IMG/VR virus record: IMGVR_UViG_3300015195_000001
Coordinates: 1 to 55,536 of that record
Direction: 5' to 3' (one strand)
Source: a virus
DNA: 55,536 nucleotides
Positions 24,381 to 34,330 of the stretch are shown in pieces (position 1 is the stretch's first letter; each line of letters opens with the position of its first letter). Below the pieces are notes generated by a model, which was not told the DNA's origin, ran no database searches, and was given only the letters and a program-made list of their open reading frames with translations. Position numbers and translations under genes: made by a program.

Positions 24381-25976
24381 TTACGTCCAGGTCGTGATGC
24401 CGAGCACCGGGATCGTGTTCGGTAGAATCGTAATGTTCCCGGTCCCGCCGTTGACAAATAGACTCGCGTAGTCCGAAACGCCGAGGGTCCCGAGAATAAT
24501 CGAGGCGATCTGGGTATAGCGCACGACCGGATCGACCGTGAACACAAGCCCGGCCAGGTATGCCGCGATGGCGACGTTCAGCGCGGTCCTCACGGAGTCG
24601 GGCACAGCAGGCAGCGTCGAGATCGTCAGGGTCGCCACGATATTGATGGGCACAGTCGCCGGAACCATAACCGTCACGGCCGCGCCGACCGGAGCCAGGC
24701 CGGTGCCGAGCTGTGAGCTGAACGTCGAGCGGTACTGCGCCTGATAGAGCCAGACCTGCGTGGCCGTATCCGCCACGAGCCGCGTGACCTGAAGCTGCAT
24801 CGTGTCGGTGCCGTTGAAGAAGAACGGCAGGATGACGTTCTGGAACGTCTGCGTAAGCTGGTTGCCCCGGAGGATGACGTGGGCGACACCCCCGGTCCCG
24901 TCGACCCGCTGGTTGGCGTAGGCGCCCTTCGTGACGTTCCAGACGGCCACGTCGAGTAGGTTAGTCGCGCCGGTGATCACGTCGGTCTTGACGCCGAGCC
25001 GCAGTTGCCAGACACCTGCCTGCGGGAGATCAATCGTCGGGACCGTCGCGAACAGCGTCCCGTTGCCCGAGACGTTGTAGAGCATCTTGATCGCGCCCAG
25101 CGGAGCGTCGGACTGGCCGTTGTCGATCGTGACCCCGAACCCGCCGATAGTGCCGGAGATCGCGTTGTAAAGAAAGCTCAGAGGCGGAGCGATCGTGGCT
25201 TGCACGAGGTCGATCAAGGCTTGGGCCGGAAGCGCCTTGGCCGTGTCGACGATGTAAATACCGACCGTACCCGCGCCAGCCCAGACCGGCACAACCGAGA
25301 CGGCTCCGACCCCTGGCACCGCAAGCGCCCAGTTGAGGTAGCTGGCGGCGTTACCGGAGCTCCCCGGATTGCGCACAAAGAGCAGGTAGCGTGCGAGAAG
25401 CGCCGCATCGGTTTCGACGGCGACGCCACCCGCGATGGCGAGCGGATTGGTCACGCCGTTCACGCCGGCAAGCGACGCGACGAGAAAGCCGATCTGGCCA
25501 GCCCCGACGTTGCCGGACGTACCCGCGACGAGCGCCGCGACCGGAACGCTGACCGAGCCTCCGCCGGGAATAGTCGCGGGCGCCGTGGTCGCGTAGACGA
25601 TCGCCGGTACGGTCGAGGTCGAGCCGGTCGACACCTGGGTCCCCGAGGGAATGACGGTGGCGTTCACGCCCGTAAACGTGACGTTTCCGGTCGCGGCAAT
25701 CGCCGGACCACGGATGACGCCATGCTCGGCGGCACGGAGATCGAGGTACGCGCCGTAGGTCGTTGTCGCAAACGTCCGCGCGAGCATTTGCTGCGCCTGG
25801 AGCGCGGCCTGCGCGAGTTGGATCGCAGCCGGGCTGAGCATGTCCCAGGCGAACGAGCCCTGCGACGGGTCGATCGTCGAGGGAAGTGTCGCCAGCATCG
25901 CGGCGAGGATCGCGGCATTATTCTGGTTGGTGTCCAGGAACGCCGGCAAGCCCGGTAGGGTCGCTACAGTCGCCAC
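24381..25976 (-). CDS. Baseplate J-like protein
   Basis: Size, position, and the N-terminal motif SQGSFAWDMLSPAAIQLAQ...YLDLRAAEHGV. Confidence 0.75.
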   Translation of the reverse strand: MATVATLPGLPAFLDTNQNNAAILAAMLATLPSTIDPSQGSFAWDMLSPAAIQLAQAALQAQQMLARTFATTTYGAYLDLRAAEHGVIRGPAIAATGNVTFTGVNATVIPSGTQVSTGSTSTVPAIVYATTAPATIPGGGSVSVPVAALVAGTSGNVGAGQIGFLVASLAGVNGVTNPLAIAGGVAVETDAALLARYLLFVRNPGSSGNAASYLNWALAVPGVGAVSVVPVWAGAGTVGIYIVDTAKALPAQALIDLVQATIAPPLSFLYNAISGTIGGFGVTIDNGQSDAPLGAIKMLYNVSGNGTLFATVPTIDLPQAGVWQLRLGVKTDVITGATNLLDVAVWNVTKGAYANQRVDGTGGVAHVILRGNQLTQTFQNVILPFFFNGTDTMQLQVTRLVADTATQVWLYQAQYRSTFSSQLGTGLAPVGAAVTVMVPATVPINIVATLTISTLPAVPDSVRTALNVAIAAYLAGLVFTVDPVVRYTQIASIILGTLGVSDYASLFVNGGTGNITILPNTIPVLGITTWT

Positions 25977-25986
25977 GCAGATGTCC

Positions 25987-26442
25987 TCACGGGTAACTCA
26001 GCTTGACCGTCAACGTGCGGCCGGTGCCGACGGTTGGCGTGACGAGAAACGAGACGTTGAGCGCGTCGCCGGCCCAGGAAAAGGTAAAGGCGGTGACAGA
26101 TTTCGTGCGGGGGTCAGCGAGGAGCGCCCGCGAGATCGCGCCCTGCGCGGCGGCCTGCGCGAGCGGCTGATTCGGCGCACTCGTGATCGTGTCGAGGTCC
26201 GCGCCGTAGTTCTGGTTGTAAACCGGATAGGCAAGTCGCTGGGTTGAGACCGCCTTGACGCACCAGATCGCCCAGGCGGTTTCGCCTTCGATCGGAGCCG
26301 GATTACCCCGTCCGTCGAGAACAAAGTCACCGACGTCGAAATCGAACGCGACCGAGGGCGGGTAGATAATCGGCGGCGCGGTCTGAGCGATCTGAATCGT
26401 CGACGGCGGCATCGCCCAGGTCGGATAGAGCGGGGTCGGCAT
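25987..26442 (-). CDS. XkdS/DUF2634-like baseplate protein
   Basis: Position upstream of baseplate J. 151 aa. Confidence 0.55.
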   Translation of the reverse strand: MPTPLYPTWAMPPSTIQIAQTAPPIIYPPSVAFDFDVGDFVLDGRGNPAPIEGETAWAIWCVKAVSTQRLAYPVYNQNYGADLDTITSAPNQPLAQAAAQGAISRALLADPRTKSVTAFTFSWAGDALNVSFLVTPTVGTGRTLTVKLSYP

Positions 26443-26443
26443 C

Positions 26444-26803
26444 TTACGCGCTCACCCGGCAGCGGCCGATGACGACCGGCGTCCGACCCGCGTGGAGCAA
26501 CGCGACAAGCACCCGGTCGCCCACGGCGTATGGTAGATACTCTCCGAAGGCCGGCACGTCGTGACTATGGGCCGAGACGATTGTCGTCGTCACGAGCGGC
26601 ACGACGAGCGGACGCTGGGAGTTACCCTGCTCAAGTACGAGATACGACGAGACCGGCCAGGCCGCCGGCTGTCCGTCGACGAGCAGTGCCCCGCCTGTTT
26701 GGATCGTGCCGAGCAGGAGTGTCGGCAGGATTTGAGGCGCGTGGTCTTTAATCAGGCCGATGTGCGCCTGAGCGAGACGCGCGACGCCGGGAGCGTTCGC
26801 CAC
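26444..26803 (-). CDS. XkdR/DUF2577-like baseplate spike-associated protein
   Basis: Position and size (119 aa). Confidence 0.5.
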   Translation of the reverse strand: MANAPGVARLAQAHIGLIKDHAPQILPTLLLGTIQTGGALLVDGQPAAWPVSSYLVLEQGNSQRPLVVPLVTTTIVSAHSHDVPAFGEYLPYAVGDRVLVALLHAGRTPVVIGRCRVSA

Positions 26804-26805
26804 GG

Positions 26806-28017
26806 TTAGCTCACCTTATTCTGACTGGGGAAGACGTGATTCGAGTGCGTCCGTCCGACCGCCTCAGACGGAAGCGCCGCCGTGCCCGGAGTAACGGCGT
26901 ATTGCACGTCCGGCGCGGTCAGGTCGCCCGAGGTGTCCACGGTGATTTGCATCCTGCGGCGGTCCGCGTCGTGCTGGATGCCCGAGACGATGTAGATACC
27001 GTTCAGCGTGCCGATCTGGACCGCGATAGCGTCACCCCGCCGGAGAAACGGCAGGTCGGGCGCGTCGAAGCGCTGGATGCGCCGAGGCTGGCCCCGGTTG
27101 CCGATGGTCTGCTTCGCGAATTGCGCGATGCCGGCCGGTAAGACGACGCCCGGATCGGTGATGATGTCCTGCATAATGCCGTACTCGGTGTGGCCGTCGT
27201 AGCTCGCCTCGACGTTGAGGAGGAATTTGTTCAGATTACCGTCGGGATTCAGGCTAATCCCCGACGTGGGCGACCCCGCGTTGGCGGTCCCGATGACGAG
27301 CACGCGCGTGACGAGGTCCTGCATATCCTGCTCGTCGGAATAGGATTCCACGCCGTCTCCGGTCAGCAGATAGATCGGGAGATTCGACGCCGGCACCATG
27401 ACCGAGATCGTGCCGTGGTCGGACCGCAGGTAGAACGAGCCGCCGCCGTACCAGTAGGTCCGGTCGATCAGCTCCATGACCATTTGCGAGAGCGGCGTGA
27501 TCTGCCAGACCATCTGCGCCATCGGCGTGCCGAGAAGCCCGCAGCCCTGGATATTCAGGCCCCAGGAATCCGAGATGTCCTGCAAGATCGCGCCGGCCGT
27601 CAGGGTCCCGCCGGGTGCTAGGGTCACCGCCCCGTAGGGTGATGCCTGCGGGTTGTACATTCGGCTGTCTTTGGAGCGGTTGAGATTGAATAGACTGTCG
27701 TACGCCGTGAACTCGACGAGCTCGACGCCGGCATCGCTGAACTTCCATTGCCAGACCTGCCCCCGGAAGACCTCCACCTCACCGTCGCCCCAGTCGGCCG
27801 TCAGGACCATCTGCGCCGCGAGTGCGATCACTTGGTGAAGCCACGCCCCGCCGATCTGGACATTCGCCACGGTCGCGGTCAGACGGACGGCGAGCTGGCC
27901 GGTCTGTTCCTCCCACTGGATCATCGTCGGAGTGAGCGGCACGAGCGTGCCATCCGACGGCGAGAAGAGCATGAGCGCGTAAGCGAGCTTGGTCTGGTCG
28001 AGAACGGCGACGGTCAT
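26806..28017 (-). CDS. XkdQ-like baseplate hub / late-control-D-like protein
   Basis: 403 aa, between the LysM protein and the small baseplate proteins. Confidence 0.6.
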   Translation of the reverse strand: MTVAVLDQTKLAYALMLFSPSDGTLVPLTPTMIQWEEQTGQLAVRLTATVANVQIGGAWLHQVIALAAQMVLTADWGDGEVEVFRGQVWQWKFSDAGVELVEFTAYDSLFNLNRSKDSRMYNPQASPYGAVTLAPGGTLTAGAILQDISDSWGLNIQGCGLLGTPMAQMVWQITPLSQMVMELIDRTYWYGGGSFYLRSDHGTISVMVPASNLPIYLLTGDGVESYSDEQDMQDLVTRVLVIGTANAGSPTSGISLNPDGNLNKFLLNVEASYDGHTEYGIMQDIITDPGVVLPAGIAQFAKQTIGNRGQPRRIQRFDAPDLPFLRRGDAIAVQIGTLNGIYIVSGIQHDADRRRMQITVDTSGDLTAPDVQYAVTPGTAALPSEAVGRTHSNHVFPSQNKVS

Positions 28018-28661
28018 GACGGGCTCGGCATCACGAGGGTAAGGCCCGGCACGAGCGGCACAGCCGCGTCGCCCCCAATCGTTCCCATGTTCAAAGCGTA
28101 GATCGCGCTCGTCTTGGTACTGTCCCCGTAGAAGTGAATCGCAATGGTCATCAGCGTGTCGCCCTGGCGCACAACGTAGCTCGACGGCACGAACGGTAAC
28201 GGCTGGCCGGTGTCGGTCGCGCGCCCCGAGCCGGGTGACGGAGCGTAGGCCGTCGAGGCGATCACGGCCAGGTTCCGCTTCTCCTCAAACGCGATCTTGA
28301 ACGCCAGGTCCCCGAATCCGCCCTGAACGGTCCAGTCAAATGTCGCGATGAACATGGAGTAGAAAAGCGGTAGCCCGGTGATAAAGAGAGTCGCCGCCGT
28401 GCCCGCCTTGACGTAGCCGTCGAGCAGGTACGCAAGCTTGTACGGGTCTTGCCAGGCCGTGATGACGGGTAGGTTCTGACGATCCTCACCGGGTAGGATG
28501 CCGTCGAACGTCGCCTTGTGCGGTACGAAGCCGCGCGGAAAGGCGATCTCTCCGAGAGTGAGCAGATTGAACGTCTGGACTTTGGCACCGGCCGACAGAT
28601 TGATCTTCTCGGGCGTCAGTGGAAACGTGACGTCGCCGAAAGTCACGGCGGCAATCGTCAC
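28014..28661 (-). CDS. XkdP-like LysM-domain tail protein
   Basis: C-terminal LysM: YVVRQGDTLMTIAIHFYGD...AIYALN. Confidence 0.7.
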   Translation of the reverse strand: MTIAAVTFGDVTFPLTPEKINLSAGAKVQTFNLLTLGEIAFPRGFVPHKATFDGILPGEDRQNLPVITAWQDPYKLAYLLDGYVKAGTAATLFITGLPLFYSMFIATFDWTVQGGFGDLAFKIAFEEKRNLAVIASTAYAPSPGSGRATDTGQPLPFVPSSYVVRQGDTLMTIAIHFYGDSTKTSAIYALNMGTIGGDAAVPLVPGLTLVMPSPS

Positions 28662-31147
28662 CGCGTCGGCACCGTATTCGCGGCGGCATGTTCCATATGC
28701 GTTGCGATAGCGTTAGCCAAAGGGTCGGCGACGAGCGTCGCGAACTTATTGATCGCCGCCGGATCGGTCGGGAGATGCTGGACGTTCACGACCACGGCGC
28801 CGGGACCGACGGTGACGGCGTTCTGATTGGCACCTGTTCCCTTCGTAGCTGTAATCAGTCCGTCTATACCACCACCGAGGCGTGTAATGTCGCTCCATGT
28901 CATCCAGTCGGAGCCACCGCGCATTGCTCGACCGCTGCCTCCGACGTGATATCTATCCGTCGCGGAGTCGTATTTATCGGCATCGTAATAGTGCTTCGGC
29001 GTATCGATAATCGCGGAGCCGCCACCAGCGAGAGCCGCTGTGAGGGCGCTGGCTGAACCCGCACCCTCTTGCGCGTTGATACCCATACTCCGCAGTAGCG
29101 CGACCTCCGAGGCCCCGCCGGCCATGCCGGCGCCCCGTCGCCAACCGACTTTTCGTGCCAAGGCCATCGCTTCACTCATGGTCGGGTTGCGTCCCATCGC
29201 GCGAGCGAAGGAAACAGCCGCAACGGGACCACAAGCCGTGGCTGCGTCACTAGCTGAGAGCTCACCCGTTCCGACAAGATCGAATTGATTGAGAATGGCT
29301 GAGCCCAGGCCACTACCACTACTGCCTTCCATCCCCTTGAATCCGCCGCCCGAGATCCCCGTTGACGCTCCGCCATCGCCGCTCGATCCTCCGAAGCCGC
29401 TACCCCAGGACCGCCGGCGCATATCCTCAAGCTCGAAGGCTAGGTCGGAGAAGTCGCGAATCAGGCGCAGTGTTTGTTCGTCGAGCAGGCCGAAGCCGGA
29501 CGACCCGGCGGAGGTATCGTCGGAGCCGGCGGGGAGCATGTCCGAGTACGACATACCGCCGACTTTGTGCCCCTTAAATGACGCGCTCGTGGGAGCGGTT
29601 CCCCGAGCAGTCGATACCGGATTAGCAAGATGATCCGAGAGTGCGGCGTTGATCGAGCCCCGTAGATTGCTTCCGACGGCGACACCGGGCGAAGTCATCT
29701 GCGGACTCGCCGTCGTCATCCAGGCCCACAGATTGGCCCAGCTCGCGAGCGGGGAGTCCTTACCCGGCGCGAGAGCATTGAGGAACCCGGTGAGGAATGA
29801 CGCCCCGACGGTATGGCCGACGTCCTGAGCCCCGCCCGTATCGGCACCGAGCACGGCCCACAACGCGCCGCCGACGAGGCTGCCGATACCGGTGCCGATG
29901 GTATTGGCTGCCGTCGCAGCCCACACTTTGCCGGCTCCGTTCCACCAGGTGTCGAAGGGCTGAGCGACGATCGAATCCCAGACGAGCTTGAGCTTGTCGC
30001 CTAAAGAGCCGGACATCTTCCAAGCGGAACTATTCGTTAGCCTGTCGAAGCCGTCGTATAAAGAACTGAGGTTATTCACGACGAAATTGCCGACCTCGAC
30101 CCCCGCCTTCTTGATCTCCGCTGACCACGCGGCCACGGTCGCCTTGTTTGCGGAGAGCCAGTCGACGATAACCTTGAGTTGTGGCTGGATAACCGATTTA
30201 ATGCCTAAGGCCCATTCTTGAACGCCGGACAGTTTGAAAGTGTCTGAAACCGTCGCCATCATCCCGATCCACGAGTACCCCATCTCTTTTGCCGCGTTCG
30301 GGAACTTCCGCTGCATCGCGGCGAGGTAGGCGTCCATCGCCTGCTGAGCCGGGACCATGCCAGCGGCGAGCATCTTCTCTAGGGAGTACATGCTCAGTCC
30401 CTCTTTGGTGAGGACGCCCGGTTCCATAAACGTCTTCCGGCCTTGAAGACCGGCGGCGTCGAGCGATTCGAGAATGTCGCTCGACATGAGGCGTTGGGTC
30501 ATGGACTGGCGCTTCACCCGAGCTAGCACGTCTAGGGCGTTGCTCGGGTCCGTCGAGACTGCGGCGACGTTCGAGAGCTTAGCCAGAGTCGGCATAATAT
30601 CGGCCATCGCCATACCGGACGAGGCCAGGCCTTGAGAAACGGCTTGCGTCTGGGAGAACTGGAACTGCGTGTGCATCGTCCAGTCCTGGAGGCCGGTCAG
30701 AAACGCCGATGCCTGGGGCGCACTGCGAAACAGATTCGTGAACGCGATCTGCGCCTGCTCTAACGTCCCGGCATAAGCCAGCGGCCATTTGACCAGCGAC
30801 TCGAAGATGCCGGCAGCACCTAGACCCACGCCGAGCATTGCCAGCGGCGAGGTAAGCGTATTCATGATCCGGCCGATGACGCTCGAGGCAAGGTCAATCG
30901 CGCGAATCGGGATCGTAACGACGTGGCCGGCTAAGGCGCGGACGCTGTTCGAGACTTCTTTGATAATCGCCGTCGCGCGGTCTTGGACCGAGAGCACCGG
31001 CGCACTTTTGGAGCCGTTGAGTTGCGCCAGCCTCGCCTGGGTGCCTTGGATCGTCTTCTCAAACGCGGACATCCGCGCCTGGACGTTCGCGAGCTGGGCG
31101 GTGTTATCGACGACCTCAATCGGAATACTGAGATTAAACTGCGTCAT
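28658..31147 (-). CDS. Tape measure protein with Gly-rich tract and C-terminal C39-like peptidase-type region
   Basis: 829 aa with TM-like central segments, positioned after the chaperone. Candidate catalytic residues ATACGPVAA (about 29233) and KHYY (about 28993). Confidence 0.8.
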   Translation of the reverse strand: MTQFNLSIPIEVVDNTAQLANVQARMSAFEKTIQGTQARLAQLNGSKSAPVLSVQDRATAIIKEVSNSVRALAGHVVTIPIRAIDLASSVIGRIMNTLTSPLAMLGVGLGAAGIFESLVKWPLAYAGTLEQAQIAFTNLFRSAPQASAFLTGLQDWTMHTQFQFSQTQAVSQGLASSGMAMADIMPTLAKLSNVAAVSTDPSNALDVLARVKRQSMTQRLMSSDILESLDAAGLQGRKTFMEPGVLTKEGLSMYSLEKMLAAGMVPAQQAMDAYLAAMQRKFPNAAKEMGYSWIGMMATVSDTFKLSGVQEWALGIKSVIQPQLKVIVDWLSANKATVAAWSAEIKKAGVEVGNFVVNNLSSLYDGFDRLTNSSAWKMSGSLGDKLKLVWDSIVAQPFDTWWNGAGKVWAATAANTIGTGIGSLVGGALWAVLGADTGGAQDVGHTVGASFLTGFLNALAPGKDSPLASWANLWAWMTTASPQMTSPGVAVGSNLRGSINAALSDHLANPVSTARGTAPTSASFKGHKVGGMSYSDMLPAGSDDTSAGSSGFGLLDEQTLRLIRDFSDLAFELEDMRRRSWGSGFGGSSGDGGASTGISGGGFKGMEGSSGSGLGSAILNQFDLVGTGELSASDAATACGPVAAVSFARAMGRNPTMSEAMALARKVGWRRGAGMAGGASEVALLRSMGINAQEGAGSASALTAALAGGGSAIIDTPKHYYDADKYDSATDRYHVGGSGRAMRGGSDWMTWSDITRLGGGIDGLITATKGTGANQNAVTVGPGAVVVNVQHLPTDPAAINKFATLVADPLANAIATHMEHAAANTVPTR

Positions 31148-31214
31148 CGGTCACCACCTTTCGGCCACGCGCCGTCGGCCTGTAGTAGACTGAGCACATA
31201 GGTAGGGAGGTCGT

Positions 31215-31685
31215 ATGAAATATCTTATGGGTCTATTAGCGTTGGTCGTTGTGGCCTGTTCGGCAGCACCGCCGCTACCGACGCCCGTACCGACTCAGAT
31301 CCCGACTGTAACGCCGGTGCCTACACCACTTTTCAGCCTGAAGGTCAACAAGGCGAACGACGGGCCGGGGTTCATGCAGAATCTACCAGCAGGACAGGGT
31401 CAGGTATTGACCGTCACGAATCTAACACTGACGAACGTTGGAACCGTGGCGGCGGTCGTTTTTGTGGATCAGTTCCATCTCGCGGATGCGGCTGGGAAAC
31501 TCTATGCGACTCAGAATGCCCCGTCGCTGGACCAATTCCCGGATAGTATCGTCTTGAAGCCGAGTGAGAGCGCCAGCGGCCAGGTATATTTCGTGGTCGA
31601 CCAACCCGGGCTAAAATCCGGGGTTGTGCATTACGGAGAATACGGAAAGCCTGGCGTGTCCCAACCTATCACGATCGAGAACTAG
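31215..31685 (+). CDS. Lipoprotein (DUF4352-like Ig-fold), moron
   Basis: Signal peptide plus lipobox LALVVVAC|S, a Pro/Thr linker, then a beta-rich domain. On the opposite strand, inside the tail operon. Confidence 0.75.
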   Translation: MKYLMGLLALVVVACSAAPPLPTPVPTQIPTVTPVPTPLFSLKVNKANDGPGFMQNLPAGQGQVLTVTNLTLTNVGTVAAVVFVDQFHLADAAGKLYATQNAPSLDQFPDSIVLKPSESASGQVYFVVDQPGLKSGVVHYGEYGKPGVSQPITIEN

Positions 31686-31849
31686 CGCCGCTTCGCCGCC
31701 TCTGCCGCCTCGGCGTCTAGCCTGATCTTCATCGACGCGAACAGAAACGCTCGGACGCCCGGTGGCTTCTTGAGAACCTCGTCGGGCGGAATATGATGCT
31801 CCTGGAAGATATGGTGCAGTATCGTGGCCCTGCCCCCGGCCAGGATCAT
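31682..31849 (-). CDS. Tail assembly chaperone -1 frame extension (T-like), or an independent 55-aa ORF
   Basis: It is in the -1 frame relative to 31846..32361. The junction reads GCA_AAA_TGA with the ATG embedded. Confidence 0.55.
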   Translation of the reverse strand: MILAGGRATILHHIFQEHHIPPDEVLKKPPGVRAFLFASMKIRLDAEAAEAAKRR

Positions 31850-32361
31850 TTTGCGGCGATGTCCTCGCTGTCCTCCGTCGCCTCGGCTCCGTAGCCGCTG
31901 ATCCGGTCGATGGTCGTAATCGCGCGGTCCTTTTCTCCGGCCCGGAGTAGCTTGTCGATAACGTAGGCTCCGGTGGGCTCCTCGACGAGGCGCTGGACCT
32001 CTTTGTTATCCCAGATGTTCCGGCGGTCCTCGTCGACGGTCGCGGCGTAGATGACGAACGAGCGAAACTTCCGCTGGTCCATTTCCTCGGGGAGCCGAAG
32101 GTTGCCGAGCGCCTTGTTGCGTGTGTACTTCGTCGCGCGTTCGCGGCAGTCGGTGTACTCGGCCTCGGTGAGCGGATGAACGCGGAAGTTGAGGAACTGG
32201 CCTTTCGAGCGAGCGAACTTCACCGTCTCGACGTCGCCCTCGGTCGTCTCGCGCGCGAAGTCGAGGAGAAGCGCGGTCGTGAGCGCCGGCTCGATCGCCC
32301 GGATAATCGTTGTCTCGGCGTCTTTCTCGGCAGTCTCCTCGGTACGGTCCGGTCGTGCCAT
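31846..32361 (-). CDS. Tail assembly chaperone (XkdN-like)
   Basis: Position between the tube and tape measure genes. Acidic C-terminus. Confidence 0.7.
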   Translation of the reverse strand: MARPDRTEETAEKDAETTIIRAIEPALTTALLLDFARETTEGDVETVKFARSKGQFLNFRVHPLTEAEYTDCRERATKYTRNKALGNLRLPEEMDQRKFRSFVIYAATVDEDRRNIWDNKEVQRLVEEPTGAYVIDKLLRAGEKDRAITTIDRISGYGAEATEDSEDIAAK

Positions 32362-32364
32362 AGA

Positions 32365-32829
32365 TTACGCGCCCGTGCCTAGGAGTTTATCCATCACCGG
32401 CGGGCTGTTGACGCGCCAGGTCCAGTCACGCTTGAGCGTGTCGCCCGGCGCGACGTTGGCAAGATCGATATTGCCGTCCGGCACGACGTTGTTGAAGAGG
32501 TATTTGGAATATTGCCCATCTGGCCGGAAAAGCTGGCACTGGAATGCAAAACTGGATTGCTTCCTGGCGCCAAGGTCAAGACTAATCTGCTTCAAGAACT
32601 TCAGGTCATCGATGATCGTCTCCTGGAACGTGAGCGTGACCTTGTAGCTCTGGAGAATCGCGACCTGGAGAGCCTGGCCAGCGGGCTGATAGTCGCTGTT
32701 GGTGATAGCGACGCTCGCGTGAAACGTGTTCACGGTGGCGATCAGGTTGCCCTGACCGTCGAAGAGCTCGCCCTGATAGCCGGCCATGATGAGCGTCTGG
32801 TCGATTTGCTGCGTTGACGGTCCGGGCAT
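32365..32829 (-). CDS. Tail tube protein (XkdM-like)
   Basis: 154 aa, directly downstream of the sheath gene. Confidence 0.7.
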   Translation of the reverse strand: MPGPSTQQIDQTLIMAGYQGELFDGQGNLIATVNTFHASVAITNSDYQPAGQALQVAILQSYKVTLTFQETIIDDLKFLKQISLDLGARKQSSFAFQCQLFRPDGQYSKYLFNNVVPDGNIDLANVAPGDTLKRDWTWRVNSPPVMDKLLGTGA

Positions 32830-32890
32830 GATGCAACTCCTTTATGCGGGTCGAGAGGGACTTAAGCAGACGACTAATTAACCTCTTACC

Positions 32891-34330
32891 TCAATAGCTG
32901 AAATTGAACTGGGTGTAAATCTTCTCCGCCGAATCGTTGTCAATCGTCGCGACTACGAACCAGACCGAATCACCGGCGGGTGGGTTGTTCGGGTCCTCGA
33001 TGCACGAGCCCGACGTGAGCGCGCCGATGCCGATCATCTTCGTGATGACGGTATAGGCCGCCGCGATGAGCGCGCCGCGCCCGGCCGCGTTGTTCGAGAC
33101 GACGCCGATCAACGGATCCCAGAGCTGGGCGATGGCGGTCACGAGGTAGTCGCGGGTGCGGACACGCCTGATTTTCTTCCAGCCGTTATCGAGGCCGGGG
33201 CCGGGCGTGACGAGTGTCGTGATGCCGTACTCGACCTGGACCTGATTGAGCGCGTTCATCGAGAAGGTGAGCGCGCCGCTCTGGATCGCCAGTACCTGGT
33301 CGCTCCCGATCATGGCGCCGGTGATCGAGATACCGTCCTTGATGATCTCGTGGGTCAGGCTGTTGGTGATGGGCGCGCCGACGATCAGGCCGGCGACTCG
33401 CGCCGCGGCTTGGTAGCCCTCGAACGTGACGGCCGGAGACGCGCCGTTGACGAAGCCGTTGGCGACGTAGACCGTCGAGAGATTGTTGAACGCGGCCGCG
33501 TTCGCCAGGCGGGTTGCCTGAGCGACCGAGGTCGGGACGCCGACGACGTAGAGCGCGCGCATCCCGTCGACGTTACGAACGCGGGTGACGTAGGCGTCGA
33601 AGACGAGCGCCTGGGTATGGCCGGTCGACGCGGCGTCGTCGTTCGAGTCGGAAACGAGCGCGTTCCAACTCAACGTCTCGATACCGTTCATGCCGGCCAG
33701 GTATGACGCGGCCGTGACGGTCGGATTGGCGCCGGTGATCAAAGCCGCGGCCGTGACGATAGCCGCGATGCCGGTGCCGGTAATGACCTTAGCAACCGTC
33801 ACCCACGGCGAGCCAACGGCGGCGACGGCAGCGACGATAGCCGCGGCAGCGTCCGCGCCCGGGGTGTAGGTGATCGTTTGGAGAACGGTCGTGCCTTCAA
33901 GGATAACCAGGTCGTTCTTGGTCGCGTCGACGAGGTTGACCCGCGATGTGACGCGGAACGCGTTACCACGCACCCCGGCGTATTTCGCGGTGATCGTCAG
34001 GATGCCGGCGGCGGCGCTGTCGTTAAGGGTATAGACAGCCGCGACGCCACCCGCTCCGCCGAGACGCCAGGCGAGGACGCTTTGCGCTCCGCCGACAAAC
34101 GCCTGCTGCGGGCAGTCAATCGTCGACGTGCCGGAGATAGCGCCAAACGTCGAGGCGACGGCATCGTAGTTCTGGATGAGGGTCGGCGTGGCGACCGGGC
34201 CCCAATCGGCCTTGAATATCGCGGCGACGATGCCGAGCGGATTCGGCGCGGCCTGCTGCGTTTGGCCGATCGCGACGTAGACGCCCGGGCGAACCTGAGT
34301 TGTGCCGGGAACGAAGGTAACGCCAGGCAT
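32891..34330 (-). CDS. Contractile tail sheath protein
   Basis: 479 aa, N-terminal PGVYV motif, correct position. Confidence 0.8.
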   Translation of the reverse strand: MPGVTFVPGTTQVRPGVYVAIGQTQQAAPNPLGIVAAIFKADWGPVATPTLIQNYDAVASTFGAISGTSTIDCPQQAFVGGAQSVLAWRLGGAGGVAAVYTLNDSAAAGILTITAKYAGVRGNAFRVTSRVNLVDATKNDLVILEGTTVLQTITYTPGADAAAAIVAAVAAVGSPWVTVAKVITGTGIAAIVTAAALITGANPTVTAASYLAGMNGIETLSWNALVSDSNDDAASTGHTQALVFDAYVTRVRNVDGMRALYVVGVPTSVAQATRLANAAAFNNLSTVYVANGFVNGASPAVTFEGYQAAARVAGLIVGAPITNSLTHEIIKDGISITGAMIGSDQVLAIQSGALTFSMNALNQVQVEYGITTLVTPGPGLDNGWKKIRRVRTRDYLVTAIAQLWDPLIGVVSNNAAGRGALIAAAYTVITKMIGIGALTSGSCIEDPNNPPAGDSVWFVVATIDNDSAEKIYTQFNFSY

